64,000 bases of DNA from Gammaproteobacteria bacterium (GCA_965243205.1 CBDEUK010000002.1:1888001-1952000); one strand, 5' to 3'; numbered from the stretch's first letter, positions 11,328 through 24,024 are shown. Numbers and translations: made by a program. The notes: generated by a model not told the origin, from the letters alone.

Positions 11328-13181
11328 ATGAATCGTTACGCACTTTGGAAATACATCTTGATCTCGCTGGTCGTGATTTTTGGTGTGCTCTACTCTTTAC
11401 CTAATCTATTTGGCAGTGACCCTGCTCTTCAAGTGACGTCCGCTCGTGGTTCCGAGTCAGGTCAGTTAACTGAGTTTGCTGTTAGCGTTGCTTTGGATGA
11501 AACAGGTGTAAAGGCGAAAGCTATCGAGCCGTTTGAGAATCATTTAATTGTTCGTTTCAATGACGAAGAAGCACAGTTAAAAGCACAAGAAGCCATACAA
11601 AAACAATTGGGTAATGATTATGTAGTCGCTCTCAATTTAGCACCAGCAACACCTAAATGGTTAGGACAGTTAAATGCTGAACCAATGTTTCTAGGATTGG
11701 ATTTGCGTGGCGGTGTGCACTTCCTGATGGAAGTGGATATGAAAGCGGCAATAGCGAAGGCAGAAGATAGATATGTTGCCGATTTAAGAACGTTATTACG
11801 TGAAAATAAAGTTCGATATAAAACCATTACTCGTCAAGACAATGGTGGATTGTTAATGCGTTATAAGGATGAAGCGCAAAGACAACAAGCAATAGAAGTG
11901 ATTAACGATGAATTCCCGGAATTGGTATTAACTGAAACCGATACGGACGGCATTGCTACCACAGCGGTTTTTTCCGAAGAACATGTTAAAGATACACGTG
12001 GAAATGCAGTAAAACAAAATATTACGACCTTACGTAACCGTGTTAATGAATTGGGTGTAGCTGAGCCAATCATTCAACAGCAAGGTCAAGATCGTATTGT
12101 AGTGGAACTTCCTGGTATTCAAGATACAGCTGCAGCAAAAGATGTTTTGGGTGCTACCGCCACACTTGAATTTCGTATGGTTGATGAAGTAAATAATGTT
12201 AACGATGCTGTTAATGGCAGAGTACCTATAGGATCAAAACTATATCGAATGGATACAGGCGAACCAATATTATTGAAGAAACAAATCATTATTACAGGTG
12301 ATTGTGTTACTGATGCTTCATCGGGTTTAGGTCAGCAAGGCGGTCCAGTGGTTAATATTCGCTTGAGTGGCCCTTGCGGCAAGATCATGAGCAAGCTTAC
12401 CGCTGAAAATATTGGTAAACGCATGGCAGTAGTGTTCATTGAGAACAAAACAGAAACGATTTTTAATGACGATGGTTCTCGCGATAAAAAATCATTTACG
12501 GAAGAAAAAGTGATCAGTGCTGCAGTTATTCGCGGTCAGTTTGGTAATCGTTTTGAAATTTCTGGTCTCGATTCCACTGAAGAAGCGAGAACTTTAGCCT
12601 TACTATTACGTGCGGGTGCTTTAGCAGCACCAATCGAAATCGTTGAAGAGCGCACTGTAGGCCCTAGTTTAGGAAAAGATAATATCGAGCGAGGCTTTAA
12701 CTCAGTAATGATTGGTTTTGTCTTAGTATTAATCTTTATGGTTATTTACTATGGTATGTTTGGTTTGTTTGCGGATATTGCTCTAACCCTGAACTTGGTG
12801 TTACTAGTTGCATTGTTATCATTGCTGCAAGCTACTCTTACTTTACCGGGTATTGCGGGGATTGTATTAACCGTTGGTATGGCGGTGGATGCAAACGTAC
12901 TAATTTTTGAGCGTATTCGTGAAGAGCTACGCAATGGTAACTCCCCACAGGCGAGTATTTACGCAGGCTATCAGAAGGCTTTCTCAACCATTGCTGATGC
13001 GAATATAACAACATTGATTGCTGCAATCGTTTTATTCAGTTTTGGTACTGGTCCGATTAAAGGGTTTGCTGTGACCTTATCACTGGGGATTATTTGTTCT
13101 ATGTTTACTGCGATTATGGTGACACGTGCATTGGTCAACTTGTATTACGGTGGTCGTAAGATAGAAAAATTGAGTATCTAG
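11328..13181 (+). CDS. secD: Protein translocase subunit SecD
   Basis: LGLDLRGG, RVNELGVAEP, GMAVDANVLIFERIREE. Confidence 0.98.
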   Translation: MNRYALWKYILISLVVIFGVLYSLPNLFGSDPALQVTSARGSESGQLTEFAVSVALDETGVKAKAIEPFENHLIVRFNDEEAQLKAQEAIQKQLGNDYVVALNLAPATPKWLGQLNAEPMFLGLDLRGGVHFLMEVDMKAAIAKAEDRYVADLRTLLRENKVRYKTITRQDNGGLLMRYKDEAQRQQAIEVINDEFPELVLTETDTDGIATTAVFSEEHVKDTRGNAVKQNITTLRNRVNELGVAEPIIQQQGQDRIVVELPGIQDTAAAKDVLGATATLEFRMVDEVNNVNDAVNGRVPIGSKLYRMDTGEPILLKKQIIITGDCVTDASSGLGQQGGPVVNIRLSGPCGKIMSKLTAENIGKRMAVVFIENKTETIFNDDGSRDKKSFTEEKVISAAVIRGQFGNRFEISGLDSTEEARTLALLLRAGALAAPIEIVEERTVGPSLGKDNIERGFNSVMIGFVLVLIFMVIYYGMFGLFADIALTLNLVLLVALLSLLQATLTLPGIAGIVLTVGMAVDANVLIFERIREELRNGNSPQASIYAGYQKAFSTIADANITTLIAAIVLFSFGTGPIKGFAVTLSLGIICSMFTAIMVTRALVNLYYGGRKIEKLSI

Positions 13182-13183
13182 TT

Positions 13184-14116
13184 ATGCAATTAATTAAAAC
13201 CAATACAAATATTAATTTTATGGGGCAGCGCTCTATGGCTGCCGTTATTTCAGGTCTATTAATCCTGGCTGCTATTGCCTCATTATTTATGCAAGGCTTG
13301 AATTTCGGCATTGATTTTACAGGTGGTACTGTGGTCGAGATGGGTTACTCAGAAGATGCCGATATTAAAGCGATTCGTTCCAGCTTAGAAAATTCTGAAT
13401 TCAGTGATGCAACAGTACAATATTTTGGTTCGGCCAAAGATGTTTTATTTCGAGTAGCACCAAAAGAAGGGTTAAACAGTGCTGATATCAGTACCAAGTT
13501 GATGGAATCACTTCAAGCTTCAAGTTCATCTGAAATTGAAATGCGTCGGGTTGAGTTTGTTGGGCCGCAAGTAGGTGAAGAATTACGTGAACAGGGTGGC
13601 TTGGCCATGTTAGCAGCCTTGGCCTGTATCTTTGTATATATTGCCATTCGCTTCCGTAGCCATTTTTCCGTTGGCGCTATTGCTGCATTAGTCCATGATG
13701 TAATTATCACATTAGGTGTTTTTTCGCTTACGCAAATGGATTTTGATTTGACTGTTTTAGCGGCTATTTTGGCGGTTATAGGTTATTCATTAAACGATAC
13801 CATTGTTGTATTTGATCGTATTCGAGAAAACTTTCGTAAGTTGCGTGGTAAAACATCTGAGCAAGTCATTAACACTTCTTTGAATCAAACTTTAAGTCGT
13901 ACGTTGATGACATCAATCACAACGCTACTCGTATTATTTGCATTATTTTTCTTCGGCGGCGAAACAATTCATTCATTTTCTCTGGCATTAATCGTAGGTG
14001 TATTAATTGGTACTTACTCATCATTGTTTGTAGCAAGCCCGATTACCTTATTGATGGGGATTTCCAAACAAGACTTAATGCCTGTTGAAAAAGAAGGAGC
14101 GCAAGACGTCGTTTAA
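13184..14116 (+). CDS. secF: Protein translocase subunit SecF
   Basis: GIDFTGG, GYSLNDTIVVFDRIRE. Confidence 0.98.
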   Translation: MQLIKTNTNINFMGQRSMAAVISGLLILAAIASLFMQGLNFGIDFTGGTVVEMGYSEDADIKAIRSSLENSEFSDATVQYFGSAKDVLFRVAPKEGLNSADISTKLMESLQASSSSEIEMRRVEFVGPQVGEELREQGGLAMLAALACIFVYIAIRFRSHFSVGAIAALVHDVIITLGVFSLTQMDFDLTVLAAILAVIGYSLNDTIVVFDRIRENFRKLRGKTSEQVINTSLNQTLSRTLMTSITTLLVLFALFFFGGETIHSFSLALIVGVLIGTYSSLFVASPITLLMGISKQDLMPVEKEGAQDVV

Positions 14117-14147
14117 GGAATTGTCGCCAACCCTCAATAATTTTTCT

Positions 14148-14169
14148 GATGGGAGTATTCACTCCCATC
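14148..14169. terminator. Hairpin between secF and pdxB (terminator or mRNA stabiliser)
   Basis: GATGGGAGT-attc-ACTCCCATC perfect 9-bp stem; no U-tail on + strand. Confidence 0.5.
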
Positions 14170-14190
14170 GAATCAATCAGCAAAACTTTA

Positions 14191-15339
14191 ATGAATATTC
14201 TTGCTGATCAACAAATCCCCTTTGCAAAACAAGCCTTTCAACAGTTTGGTGATGTAGAGCTGATACATGGCCGAGATATTACTCATAACAATTTAGATAA
14301 TGTCGATATCTTGTTAGTACGTTCCATAACCAAAGTTAATGAAGAATTATTAGATGATACCGCTGTAAAATTTGTAGGAACAGCGACCAGTGGTTTTGAT
14401 CATATTGATCAAAGTTATTTAAAATCACATAAGATTAAATTTGCTTACACACCAGGAAGCAACGCTCGATCAGTCGCGGAATATGTTTTAAGCGCATTGT
14501 TGGTTTTATTTGATGATGAACTTGAGAAACTACAAAATTCAACAGTAGGTATCATTGGATATGGTCATGTAGGTAGTAAAGTTGCTAGGTTTTTGGAAAT
14601 ATTAGGCCTTCGGTGTTTGCTTAATGATCCGCCGTTGGCTAGGCAACAAGCAAGTTCATTATTTGTTTCTTTAGATGAAGTGCTTGATGCAGATATCATT
14701 ACTATACATGTGCCGTTGATTAAAGAAGGTTTAGATCCAACCTATCATCTCATTACTGAGACTGAACTAAAAAAGGTAAAAGATGAAGCTGTATTGATTA
14801 ACACGGCTCGCGGTGGTGTAGTAGATGAGTTTGCTTTATTGAATAAAATCAAAGAATCGTCAATCAAAACAGTGATAGATGTTTGGGAAGGTGAGCCAAA
14901 CATTAATCAAGAATTATTACAAACTGCTAATATCACAACATCGCATATAGCAGGTTATAGTACAGATGGAAAATTACGTGCGACAGAAATGTTGTATCAA
15001 AAAGCATGCGAATTTTTTCAACAAACACCTGTTTGGACTGCTTTGGATACAAATACCGTGAAAAAAAACGAAATGGAATTGGTCAGTTCTTCAATGACAC
15101 TATTAGAAAGCATTAATAAATTAGTTAAAAACTCATATGATATTCTGCAAGATCACGATTTGTTGCAAGCTTCTTTAAAAGTAGTATCCGAACAAAGAAG
15201 TTCCTATTTTGATGAGTTGAGAAAACATTATCGGGAACGTTTTGAATATATACATACTCAATATTCTATCTCAGAACAATCAGATATTGATGTTACGGTA
15301 TTGGATAAATTAGGGTTTAATAGAGTGCTGAATTCATGA
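14191..15339 (+). CDS. pdxB: Erythronate-4-phosphate dehydrogenase
   Basis: MNILADQQIP matches the usual PdxB start (the track's ATG at 14149 lies in a hairpin); LLVRSIT, GSNARSVAEY, DVWEGEP, HIAGYS. Confidence 0.93.
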   Translation: MNILADQQIPFAKQAFQQFGDVELIHGRDITHNNLDNVDILLVRSITKVNEELLDDTAVKFVGTATSGFDHIDQSYLKSHKIKFAYTPGSNARSVAEYVLSALLVLFDDELEKLQNSTVGIIGYGHVGSKVARFLEILGLRCLLNDPPLARQQASSLFVSLDEVLDADIITIHVPLIKEGLDPTYHLITETELKKVKDEAVLINTARGGVVDEFALLNKIKESSIKTVIDVWEGEPNINQELLQTANITTSHIAGYSTDGKLRATEMLYQKACEFFQQTPVWTALDTNTVKKNEMELVSSSMTLLESINKLVKNSYDILQDHDLLQASLKVVSEQRSSYFDELRKHYRERFEYIHTQYSISEQSDIDVTVLDKLGFNRVLNS

Positions 15340-15926
15340 GACTGGGTTTTATGGCATCGGGCCGTGGTTCTAATGCAAAGGCGATTCTTGATGCTTGTCG
15401 TTCAGGAGCGCTTGCTGCTGAACCGGTGCTAATCATAAGTAACAATCGTAACGCTGGAGTTTTTAATCTAGCAGAAGATTATCAACTACAAGGGTTTCAT
15501 TTCAGCAGCCAAACGCATCCAGATTTTGAGGAACTGGATTCGGTCATTACACAAACCATGCTTGATCATAAAATTGATTTAGTTGTTTTAGCGGGTTACA
15601 TGAAAAAAATTGGAGATCAATTACTTAATCAATATAAAAATCGCATAGTGAATATTCATCCTTCTCTCTTACCAGCCCATGGAGGTCAAGGGATGTATGG
15701 TATGAACGTGCATCAAGCAGTTATTGATGCTCGAGATAACATCAGCGGGGCAACGATTCATTTAGTCAATGAAGATTATGATCAAGGACGGATATTAGCG
15801 CAAAAGTCTATTGATATATCTGAACAAGATACGGCTGAGAGTTTGGCTGCAAAGGTGTTAAAAATTGAACACGAATTATACCCAGAAACTTTACAAAAGA
15901 TTATTTCTGGTGAAATCAGTTTATGA
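15336..15926 (+). CDS. purN: Phosphoribosylglycinamide formyltransferase
   Basis: SGRGSN, LAGYMK, NIHPSLLP, GATIHLV, DQGRIL. Confidence 0.94.
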   Translation: MRLGFMASGRGSNAKAILDACRSGALAAEPVLIISNNRNAGVFNLAEDYQLQGFHFSSQTHPDFEELDSVITQTMLDHKIDLVVLAGYMKKIGDQLLNQYKNRIVNIHPSLLPAHGGQGMYGMNVHQAVIDARDNISGATIHLVNEDYDQGRILAQKSIDISEQDTAESLAAKVLKIEHELYPETLQKIISGEISL

Positions 15927-15964
15927 TAAGTTAGCGATGTATATTTTGGGGGTGAAGGAACAGA

Positions 15965-18451
15965 ATGACAAAAATAATAGAGTCGATATATAATAACACT
16001 GTAATCAAATTTCCATTATTAATATTAGTATTGCTTGCCATCCTAGCCGTTTTTTTTCTTGGGCATATAAAGGATTTTAAACTCGATGCATCATCAGATT
16101 CCTTATTGTTAGAAAATGATGAAAGTCTCAGAGTCTTTCGCGAAACCAATGAGCGTTATGAAACCCAAGATTTTCTATTCGTAACCTTTAGTCCAAATAC
16201 AGATTTATTTAGCGATGAGTCATTAAATATTATCGCTGATTTAAAAGCCGATCTTGAACAACTAGACAAAACTGATTCCGTTTTATCGTTAATCGATGTG
16301 CCACTGTTAAAAATAGTGGGTGGTAAGTTAGCTGATGTTGCAGAAAATTATAAAACGTTAACCGATCCTGATATAGATAGAGTAAAAGCAAAACGAGAAT
16401 TATTAGAGAGTCCAATATTTAAGGATCTTGTCATTAGTGAAGATGCTAAAACCACCGCAATGATGGTTAATTTAAAAAATGATCCTGAATATTTAGAATT
16501 ACAAAAACAAAAAAATCGTTTGTTAATTCAAAAGATGCTTGGAGAATTTACTGATGAGCAAGCATTGGAGTTGCAGCAAGTTTTAGAGGATTACACTATC
16601 GCTAAAACCAATGCTGACAAAGCAAATCATGAAAATATCGTTGCGGTACGTTCGGTTATTGATAAATACCGAGATCAAGGTCAGTTGTATTTAGGTGGTA
16701 TAACTATGATAGCTGATGACATGATCAGTTATATACGTAGTGATTTAATTATTTTCGGTAGCGGGATCTTAATTTTTTTAATTCTTTTATTATCGATCAT
16801 TTTTAAGCAAATTCGTTGGGTTGCTCTGCCGCTATTAAGTTGTGTGTTTGCTGGTTTAGTGATGATTGGTTTATTAGGTTTAGTCGGTTGGAATGTTACG
16901 GTTATATCTTCAAATTTTATTTCTTTGATGTTGATATTAACCATGTCCATGAATGTGCATTTAATTGTTCGTTATCGGCAGTTACGTGCAGACCAACCTC
17001 AGCTATCACAAAAAGAAGCTGTGTTTGAAACAACAAGAAAAATGGTTTGGCCATGTTTATACACAGCACTTACTACAATGATTGGTTTTAGTTCACTGGT
17101 CTTTAGTGGTATTAAACCTGTGATCGACTTTGGTTGGATGATGACCTTAGGGTTAATGGTCACGTTCTTAACATCGTTTTTATTATTCCCGTCATTATTA
17201 TTGTTCTTAAACAAAAGTGATAAGGATTTGCAGCGTAGTGATAAAGTTGCTGTAACGGCAGGGCTTGCAAACTTTACGGAACGTCATGGTATTTTTGTAT
17301 TAGCTATTTCTGCAGTCTTGGTAGTACTAAGTAGTTTGGGAATTAGTAAGTTAAGAGTCGAAAATAGCTTTATTAACTACTTCAGTGATTCGACTGAAAT
17401 TTATCAAGGTCTGAAATTAATTGATGATAAATTGGGTGGCACAACACCTTTAGACATCTTAATTACGTTTCCTGGCTATGTTGAAGATGACATAGTTGCC
17501 GAGGAATCAGGGGAAGATGAATTTGATGACTTCGATGACATGTTCGATGAGTTTGGAGGTAGTGATAGCGGAGATACATTTTTTACCACGGAAAACCTAA
17601 ATACGATTTCAAATGTACATGACTATTTAGAAAGCATCCCAGCTGTAGGAAAAGTCTTATCGTTAAAATCGATTTTAACTGTTGCCCAAGACTTGAATGA
17701 AGGCCAACCGTTCGATGCTTTTGAGCTTACTGTGATCAATAAATTAATGCCGGATGAACTACGTTCAAGCATGCTCGATCCTTATATCTCAATTGATAAT
17801 AACGAAGCAAGAATCAGTGTCAGAATCAAAGATTCATTACCCGATTTAAGGCGCAAAGAATTGCTGGATCAAATTCATACTGATTTAGTAAATAAGATAG
17901 GTTTAGAAGCTGATCAATTTCAAGTCTCAGGTTTACTAGTGCTCTATAACAACATGTTACAGAGTTTATTCAAATCACAAATCATGACCTTAGGCGTTGT
18001 GATGTTAGGTATAGCATTGATGCTGCTGTTTCTATTCAAGTCATTTCAGCTTGCTGTAATAGGTATTATTCCGAATATTTTAGCTGCAGCACTTATCTTA
18101 GGCATTATGGGCTTGATGAATATTCCTTTAGATATGATGACAATTACCATTGCGGCTATCTCGATTGGTATCGCTGTGGATAATAGCATTCACTATATTT
18201 ATCGTTTTCGAGAAGAATTTCCAAAACAAAATAAGGACTATATTAAGACTTTGCATGTGTGCCATGCCAATATTGGGCGAGCGGTATTCTATACTGCTAT
18301 AACTATCATCTTTGGATTTTCAATTTTAGTATTGTCGAATTTCATCCCGACCATCTATTTTGGTCTGTTGACAGCATTGGCGATGTTTATTGCTCTGTTG
18401 GCTGCTTTGACCTTATTGCCAAAATTAATCTTATGGTGGAAACCGTTTTAG
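15965..18451 (+). CDS. MMPL/RND family transporter (HpnN/MmpL-like, substrate unknown)
   Basis: Two repeats of TM + large loop + TM bundle; TALTTMIGFSSL, GGTTPLD, GIAVDNSIHY. Confidence 0.9.
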   Translation: MTKIIESIYNNTVIKFPLLILVLLAILAVFFLGHIKDFKLDASSDSLLLENDESLRVFRETNERYETQDFLFVTFSPNTDLFSDESLNIIADLKADLEQLDKTDSVLSLIDVPLLKIVGGKLADVAENYKTLTDPDIDRVKAKRELLESPIFKDLVISEDAKTTAMMVNLKNDPEYLELQKQKNRLLIQKMLGEFTDEQALELQQVLEDYTIAKTNADKANHENIVAVRSVIDKYRDQGQLYLGGITMIADDMISYIRSDLIIFGSGILIFLILLLSIIFKQIRWVALPLLSCVFAGLVMIGLLGLVGWNVTVISSNFISLMLILTMSMNVHLIVRYRQLRADQPQLSQKEAVFETTRKMVWPCLYTALTTMIGFSSLVFSGIKPVIDFGWMMTLGLMVTFLTSFLLFPSLLLFLNKSDKDLQRSDKVAVTAGLANFTERHGIFVLAISAVLVVLSSLGISKLRVENSFINYFSDSTEIYQGLKLIDDKLGGTTPLDILITFPGYVEDDIVAEESGEDEFDDFDDMFDEFGGSDSGDTFFTTENLNTISNVHDYLESIPAVGKVLSLKSILTVAQDLNEGQPFDAFELTVINKLMPDELRSSMLDPYISIDNNEARISVRIKDSLPDLRRKELLDQIHTDLVNKIGLEADQFQVSGLLVLYNNMLQSLFKSQIMTLGVVMLGIALMLLFLFKSFQLAVIGIIPNILAAALILGIMGLMNIPLDMMTITIAAISIGIAVDNSIHYIYRFREEFPKQNKDYIKTLHVCHANIGRAVFYTAITIIFGFSILVLSNFIPTIYFGLLTALAMFIALLAALTLLPKLILWWKPF

Positions 18452-18627
18452 CTAATTTTCTTGTAGAACCATCTTTTTTTGAGGATGTCACAGCATAAAC
18501 AATCTAGGTTAAACAAAATATTCGTTAAAAGGTCATTTACTGATGCTAGATAATCATTACAATGAGCGGCAAATTGTCCATCAGAAGATTATGGTAAGTA
18601 ATCAGTAAATGAGGAAATGAGGAAATT

Positions 18628-19245
18628 ATGATGAGAAGTCAACTACAATTAGCCATTTTCAGCATGTTTTTACTATTCGGAGTGGTAGGTAATAGTTATG
18701 CTGAGGAACCGCTAAAGCCAGCCATTGAGGTCATTGAAGAAACGGCGACCAAAGTAATTGAACGGGTCACACAGGATAAAGAAAAATTAGAAGCTGATCC
18801 GGATTCTGTGCTGGAATTAGTGTACGAAATGATTATTCCTCATTTTGATTTCGTGAGTATGTCCAAATGGGTTTTGGGGAAAAAGCATTGGACGGCAGCA
18901 ACAGAATCGCAAAAAGAGCAGTTTGTTGAGCAATTTAGAGATTTATTAGTTAATACCTACACTAAAGCATTATTACAATATTCGGATAATAAAATTAATT
19001 ATTTATCGGAAAAACCGACAAAAAATGCAAAATTAGTAGAGGTGTTAACTGAAGTAGAACAAGATGGATCCAGTCCTGTGCCGATTAATTACCGAATGCG
19101 TAATAAAGATGGTAAATGGCAAGTGGTCGATGTTGTTGTCAATGGTGCAAGTCTAGTAAGAACCTATCGAGGAGAATTTACTTCTCAGATTCGCAAAAAT
19201 GGAATGGATCATTTAATCGCTAAATTGACTGAGCGAAATAAATAG
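18628..19245 (+). CDS. mlaC: MlaC/Ttg2D family periplasmic lipid-binding protein
   Basis: Signal peptide; PHFDF..MSKWVLG, LLVNTY, WQVVDVVVNGASLVRTYRGEF. Confidence 0.9.
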   Translation: MMRSQLQLAIFSMFLLFGVVGNSYAEEPLKPAIEVIEETATKVIERVTQDKEKLEADPDSVLELVYEMIIPHFDFVSMSKWVLGKKHWTAATESQKEQFVEQFRDLLVNTYTKALLQYSDNKINYLSEKPTKNAKLVEVLTEVEQDGSSPVPINYRMRNKDGKWQVVDVVVNGASLVRTYRGEFTSQIRKNGMDHLIAKLTERNK

Positions 19246-19371
19246 TTCTTATCTCCGTAATATTCAAAAAATACGGCAACTCTTATCAAGCTAACCTTAA
19301 ATGGTGAGCATGATATTTTTTATATTTTATGGTTAGGGGTTTCTATTGCAGTTACCCCTTAAGAGGTTTTT

Positions 19372-19623
19372 ATGCAAGCAAATGATATTAAAGAGATGAT
19401 TGAAGCATCGTTAATCGGTAGTACTGCTATTATTGAGGGCGATGATGGCACCCATTTTCAGGGAATTATTATCAGCGAAGAATTTATTGGGAAATCTATG
19501 GTGCAGCAACATCAACTTGTTTATAAAGCTTTAGGAACAAAAATGGGTAATGAAATTCATGCGCTTTCAATGCAAACTTTGACACCTGACGAGTGGCAAG
19601 AAAAACAGAATAAAACATTATAA
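19372..19623 (+). CDS. BolA/IbaG family protein
   Basis: GDDGTHF, QQHQLVY, IHALSMQT; upstream of murA. Confidence 0.93.
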   Translation: MQANDIKEMIEASLIGSTAIIEGDDGTHFQGIIISEEFIGKSMVQQHQLVYKALGTKMGNEIHALSMQTLTPDEWQEKQNKTL

Positions 19624-19643
19624 TAATTATTAAAGAATCATAA

Positions 19644-20906
<1,263 letters not shown>

Positions 20907-20952
20907 AGAATTTCAAGCTAATCTTAGAAGACGGATTAACAATTTTTTTACT

Positions 20953-21585
20953 ATGTCTAAACCATTAACCATTGCTATCTCTAAAGGTCGAATTCTTGAA
21001 GATTTTTTGCCTCTATTGAGTAAGCTCGATATCAATTCTGAAGAAGATCCTTCTTCAACACGTAAATTAATTTTACAGACTGATAAACCTGGCATTCAAT
21101 TTATTATTGTTCGAGCAACCGATGTACCTACTTATGTAGAGCATGGAGCTGCTGATATGGGTATTGCAGGTAAAGATGTGTTACTTGAATATGGCAGTGA
21201 TGATTTATACGAACCAGTCGATTTAAAAATTGCTAGCTGCCGATTAATGGTTGCAGCAAAAAAAGATCAGGGCATACCTCAAGGTCGGCTTAGGGTCGCT
21301 ACCAAATACGTTAATATTGCTCGAGAATATTTTGCTCGACAAGGTCGTCAAGTTGAAATTATAAAACTTTATGGTTCTATGGAATTAGCGCCATTATTAG
21401 ATTTAGCAGATGTGATTGTCGATTTAGTAGATACAGGGAATACCTTAAAGGCAAATGGTTTAGAGCCTTTGGAGTTGATTACTAATATCAGTTCACGTTT
21501 AGTGGTTAACAAAGGGTCCATGAAAATGAAACAGGATTTAATTAAACCACTATTGAAGCAATTAGAAAGTTTGGTTTCAGAATAA
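20953..21585 (+). CDS. hisG: ATP phosphoribosyltransferase, short form (needs HisZ)
   Basis: [30 protein letters not shown]; 210 aa. Confidence 0.97.
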   Translation: MSKPLTIAISKGRILEDFLPLLSKLDINSEEDPSSTRKLILQTDKPGIQFIIVRATDVPTYVEHGAADMGIAGKDVLLEYGSDDLYEPVDLKIASCRLMVAAKKDQGIPQGRLRVATKYVNIAREYFARQGRQVEIIKLYGSMELAPLLDLADVIVDLVDTGNTLKANGLEPLELITNISSRLVVNKGSMKMKQDLIKPLLKQLESLVSE

Positions 21586-21588
21586 CGA

Positions 21589-22881
21589 ATGAAGATTCAA
21601 CAACTCAATAGTAAAGACGATGATTTTGAACAATCATTGAGCCAACTGTTGGCCAGTAGTGACGAGCCAGATCAAAATATTACATCTACAGTAAGTAATA
21701 TCATTGCAGATATAAGACAAAACGGCGATGAAGCGTTATTAAAATATACGAATCAATTTGATCGACGTGATGCACGTATTAATGATCTCGAAATATCCCA
21801 AGAACGATTAGAGAAATCTTTGTCAGTAATCTCATCTGAGATAAAGACGGCACTTGAGCAAGCGGCTCAACGAATTGAAAATTTTCATCAAAAACAAAAA
21901 GAAGAATCATGGACCTATACCGATGAAACTGGCACTGAGCTAGGTCAACAAGTTACACCGCTTGATCGTGTGGGCGTATATGTCCCTGGAGGCAAAGCTG
22001 CTTATCCTTCTTCAGTGTTAATGAATGTTATTCCTGCCAAAGTGGCAGGAGTAAAAGAAATCATCATGGTCGTACCAACGCCCGATGATGAGATTAATGA
22101 TATGGTAATGGCGGCTGCTAAGATTGCTGGAGTCGATAGAGTATTCAGTGTGGGTGGGGCTCAAGCCGTTGCTGCTTTAGCTTATGGTACTGAATCAGTT
22201 CCAAAGGTAGATAAGATAGTTGGCCCTGGAAATATCTATGTAGCCACTGCTAAACGTATGGTGTTTGGTACGGTGGGTATCGATATGATCGCTGGACCTT
22301 CTGAAATATTAGTTGTTTCTGATGGTGATACTAATCCTAATTGGTTAGCAATGGATCTGTTTGCTCAAGCAGAACACGATGAGGAAGCATGTTCCATTTT
22401 AGTTTCTCCAAGTCAGGAATGTTTGGATAAAGTGGCAGCAAGTATTGATAAATTACTCAATGATATGGAACGTTCCTCGATTATTGAAACGGCATTAAAG
22501 GCCAATGGTGCATTGATTAAAGTAAATGACATGGATGAGGCATGTGATGTTATCAATCGAATCGCGCCAGAACATTTAGAGTTATCTGTTGCCGATCCAA
22601 AAGCCCTATTACCTAAGATTCGTCACGCGGGCGCGATATTCATGGGACGTTATACTGCAGAAGTACTTGGTGATTATTGTGCTGGGCCTAATCATGTATT
22701 ACCTACGGCCAGAACTGCTCGCTTCTCTTCTCCGTTAGGTGTTTATGATTTTCAAAAGCGATCATCGCTTATATTTTGCAGTGAAGATTCTGCAGTTGAT
22801 TTAGCAAAGTTAGCTTCACCTTTAGCAAGAGGAGAAGGTTTAACAGCGCATGCGCGATCAGCAGAATATAGAATTAAATAA
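21589..22881 (+). CDS. hisD: Histidinol dehydrogenase
   Basis: [31 protein letters not shown]. Confidence 0.98.
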   Translation: MKIQQLNSKDDDFEQSLSQLLASSDEPDQNITSTVSNIIADIRQNGDEALLKYTNQFDRRDARINDLEISQERLEKSLSVISSEIKTALEQAAQRIENFHQKQKEESWTYTDETGTELGQQVTPLDRVGVYVPGGKAAYPSSVLMNVIPAKVAGVKEIIMVVPTPDDEINDMVMAAAKIAGVDRVFSVGGAQAVAALAYGTESVPKVDKIVGPGNIYVATAKRMVFGTVGIDMIAGPSEILVVSDGDTNPNWLAMDLFAQAEHDEEACSILVSPSQECLDKVAASIDKLLNDMERSSIIETALKANGALIKVNDMDEACDVINRIAPEHLELSVADPKALLPKIRHAGAIFMGRYTAEVLGDYCAGPNHVLPTARTARFSSPLGVYDFQKRSSLIFCSEDSAVDLAKLASPLARGEGLTAHARSAEYRIK

Positions 22882-22895
22882 TTCATCCCTGACAT

Positions 22896-23978
22896 ATGTC
22901 GATAGAAGATAGAGTCAAACGTTGGGTTAAGCCAACTGTTCAATCCATGTCTGCATATAAAGTCGCTGACTCTGCTGGCATGATCAAACTCGATGCAATG
23001 GAAAATCCTTACGCACTTCCAGATGATGTATTAAATTCTTATATAGCAAAACTAAAGACAGCAGAAATTAATCGCTATCCTGATCCTGATTGTGAAACTT
23101 TAAAACCATTACTAAGAGAAACATTCGGTATACCAAACGATTTAGAACTATTGTTTGGTAACGGTTCAGATGAATTAATTCAGCTGATTATTATGAGCGT
23201 TGCTGAATCAGGCAGAGCTATTATGGCACCAGAGCCTAGTTTCGTAATGTATCAAGTGGTTGCTGAGTCTTTAGGTTTAAATTTTATAGGCACACCTTTA
23301 AAAGATGACTTTTCAATTGATTTAGAAAACACACTTAGCTTAATTGAAAAAGAACAACCTGCGGTTATTTTTTTAGCTTATCCGAATAACCCAACAGGAA
23401 ACTGTTTTAATAAATCCGACATTGAGGAAATCATAAATCTAGCTGAAGGTTTAGTTGTTATTGATGAAGCCTATCAAATCTTTTCCAAGCAAAGTTATAT
23501 CGATTCGATAAACAATTATGAAAATATTTTAGTTTTGCGCACTTTATCAAAAGCAGGATTGGCAGGTTTACGGTTTGGTTTTTTAGTTGGCCATCCCACT
23601 TGGTTAAATCAAATGAATAAAATTCGTTTGCCCTACAATATAAATAGCCTAACTCAAGTAAGCTTAGAGTTTTTTCTTAACCATTATCACGTCTTATTGG
23701 AACAAGCAGACCAGATCATTGATGAGAGGAATAATCTCTTTACTCAGTTATCGAATATACAGTCGTTAAAAGTTTATCCCAGTGATGCTAATTTTATTTT
23801 ATTCAAACTGCTAAATGATTCTTCAGATTTAGTGTTTGAGGCATTACTTAAAAATAAGATTCTCATCAAAAAATTTAGCCAATCACAGTCATATTTGTTG
23901 AATTGTCTTCGGGTCAGTATTGGAAAACCAGCAGAAAACAAAGCTTTTATGACATATATGACAAAATATCTATCATAA
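22896..23978 (+). CDS. hisC: Histidinol-phosphate aminotransferase
   Basis: NRYPD, GNGSDELI, PNNPTG, DEAY, RTLSKAGLAGLRFG. Confidence 0.96.
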   Translation: MSIEDRVKRWVKPTVQSMSAYKVADSAGMIKLDAMENPYALPDDVLNSYIAKLKTAEINRYPDPDCETLKPLLRETFGIPNDLELLFGNGSDELIQLIIMSVAESGRAIMAPEPSFVMYQVVAESLGLNFIGTPLKDDFSIDLENTLSLIEKEQPAVIFLAYPNNPTGNCFNKSDIEEIINLAEGLVVIDEAYQIFSKQSYIDSINNYENILVLRTLSKAGLAGLRFGFLVGHPTWLNQMNKIRLPYNINSLTQVSLEFFLNHYHVLLEQADQIIDERNNLFTQLSNIQSLKVYPSDANFILFKLLNDSSDLVFEALLKNKILIKKFSQSQSYLLNCLRVSIGKPAENKAFMTYMTKYLS

Positions 23979-24024
23979 AAAATCATTAAGTATCAATTAG
24001 TTAGATAAACAATCATAATGTAAA

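Noticed and set aside
14149-14190. Track N-terminal extensions of pdxB (also gloB, gmk, sspA, SPOR and the M14 gene)
   Set aside because: Downstream starts match family N-termini or stop-start coupling better; these are longest-ORF artefacts
19246-19371. Possible mlaB (STAS) relic: a frame reading LIKLTLNGEHD
   Set aside because: Only a few residues resemble STAS, there is no start codon and similarity does not continue; chance cannot be excluded
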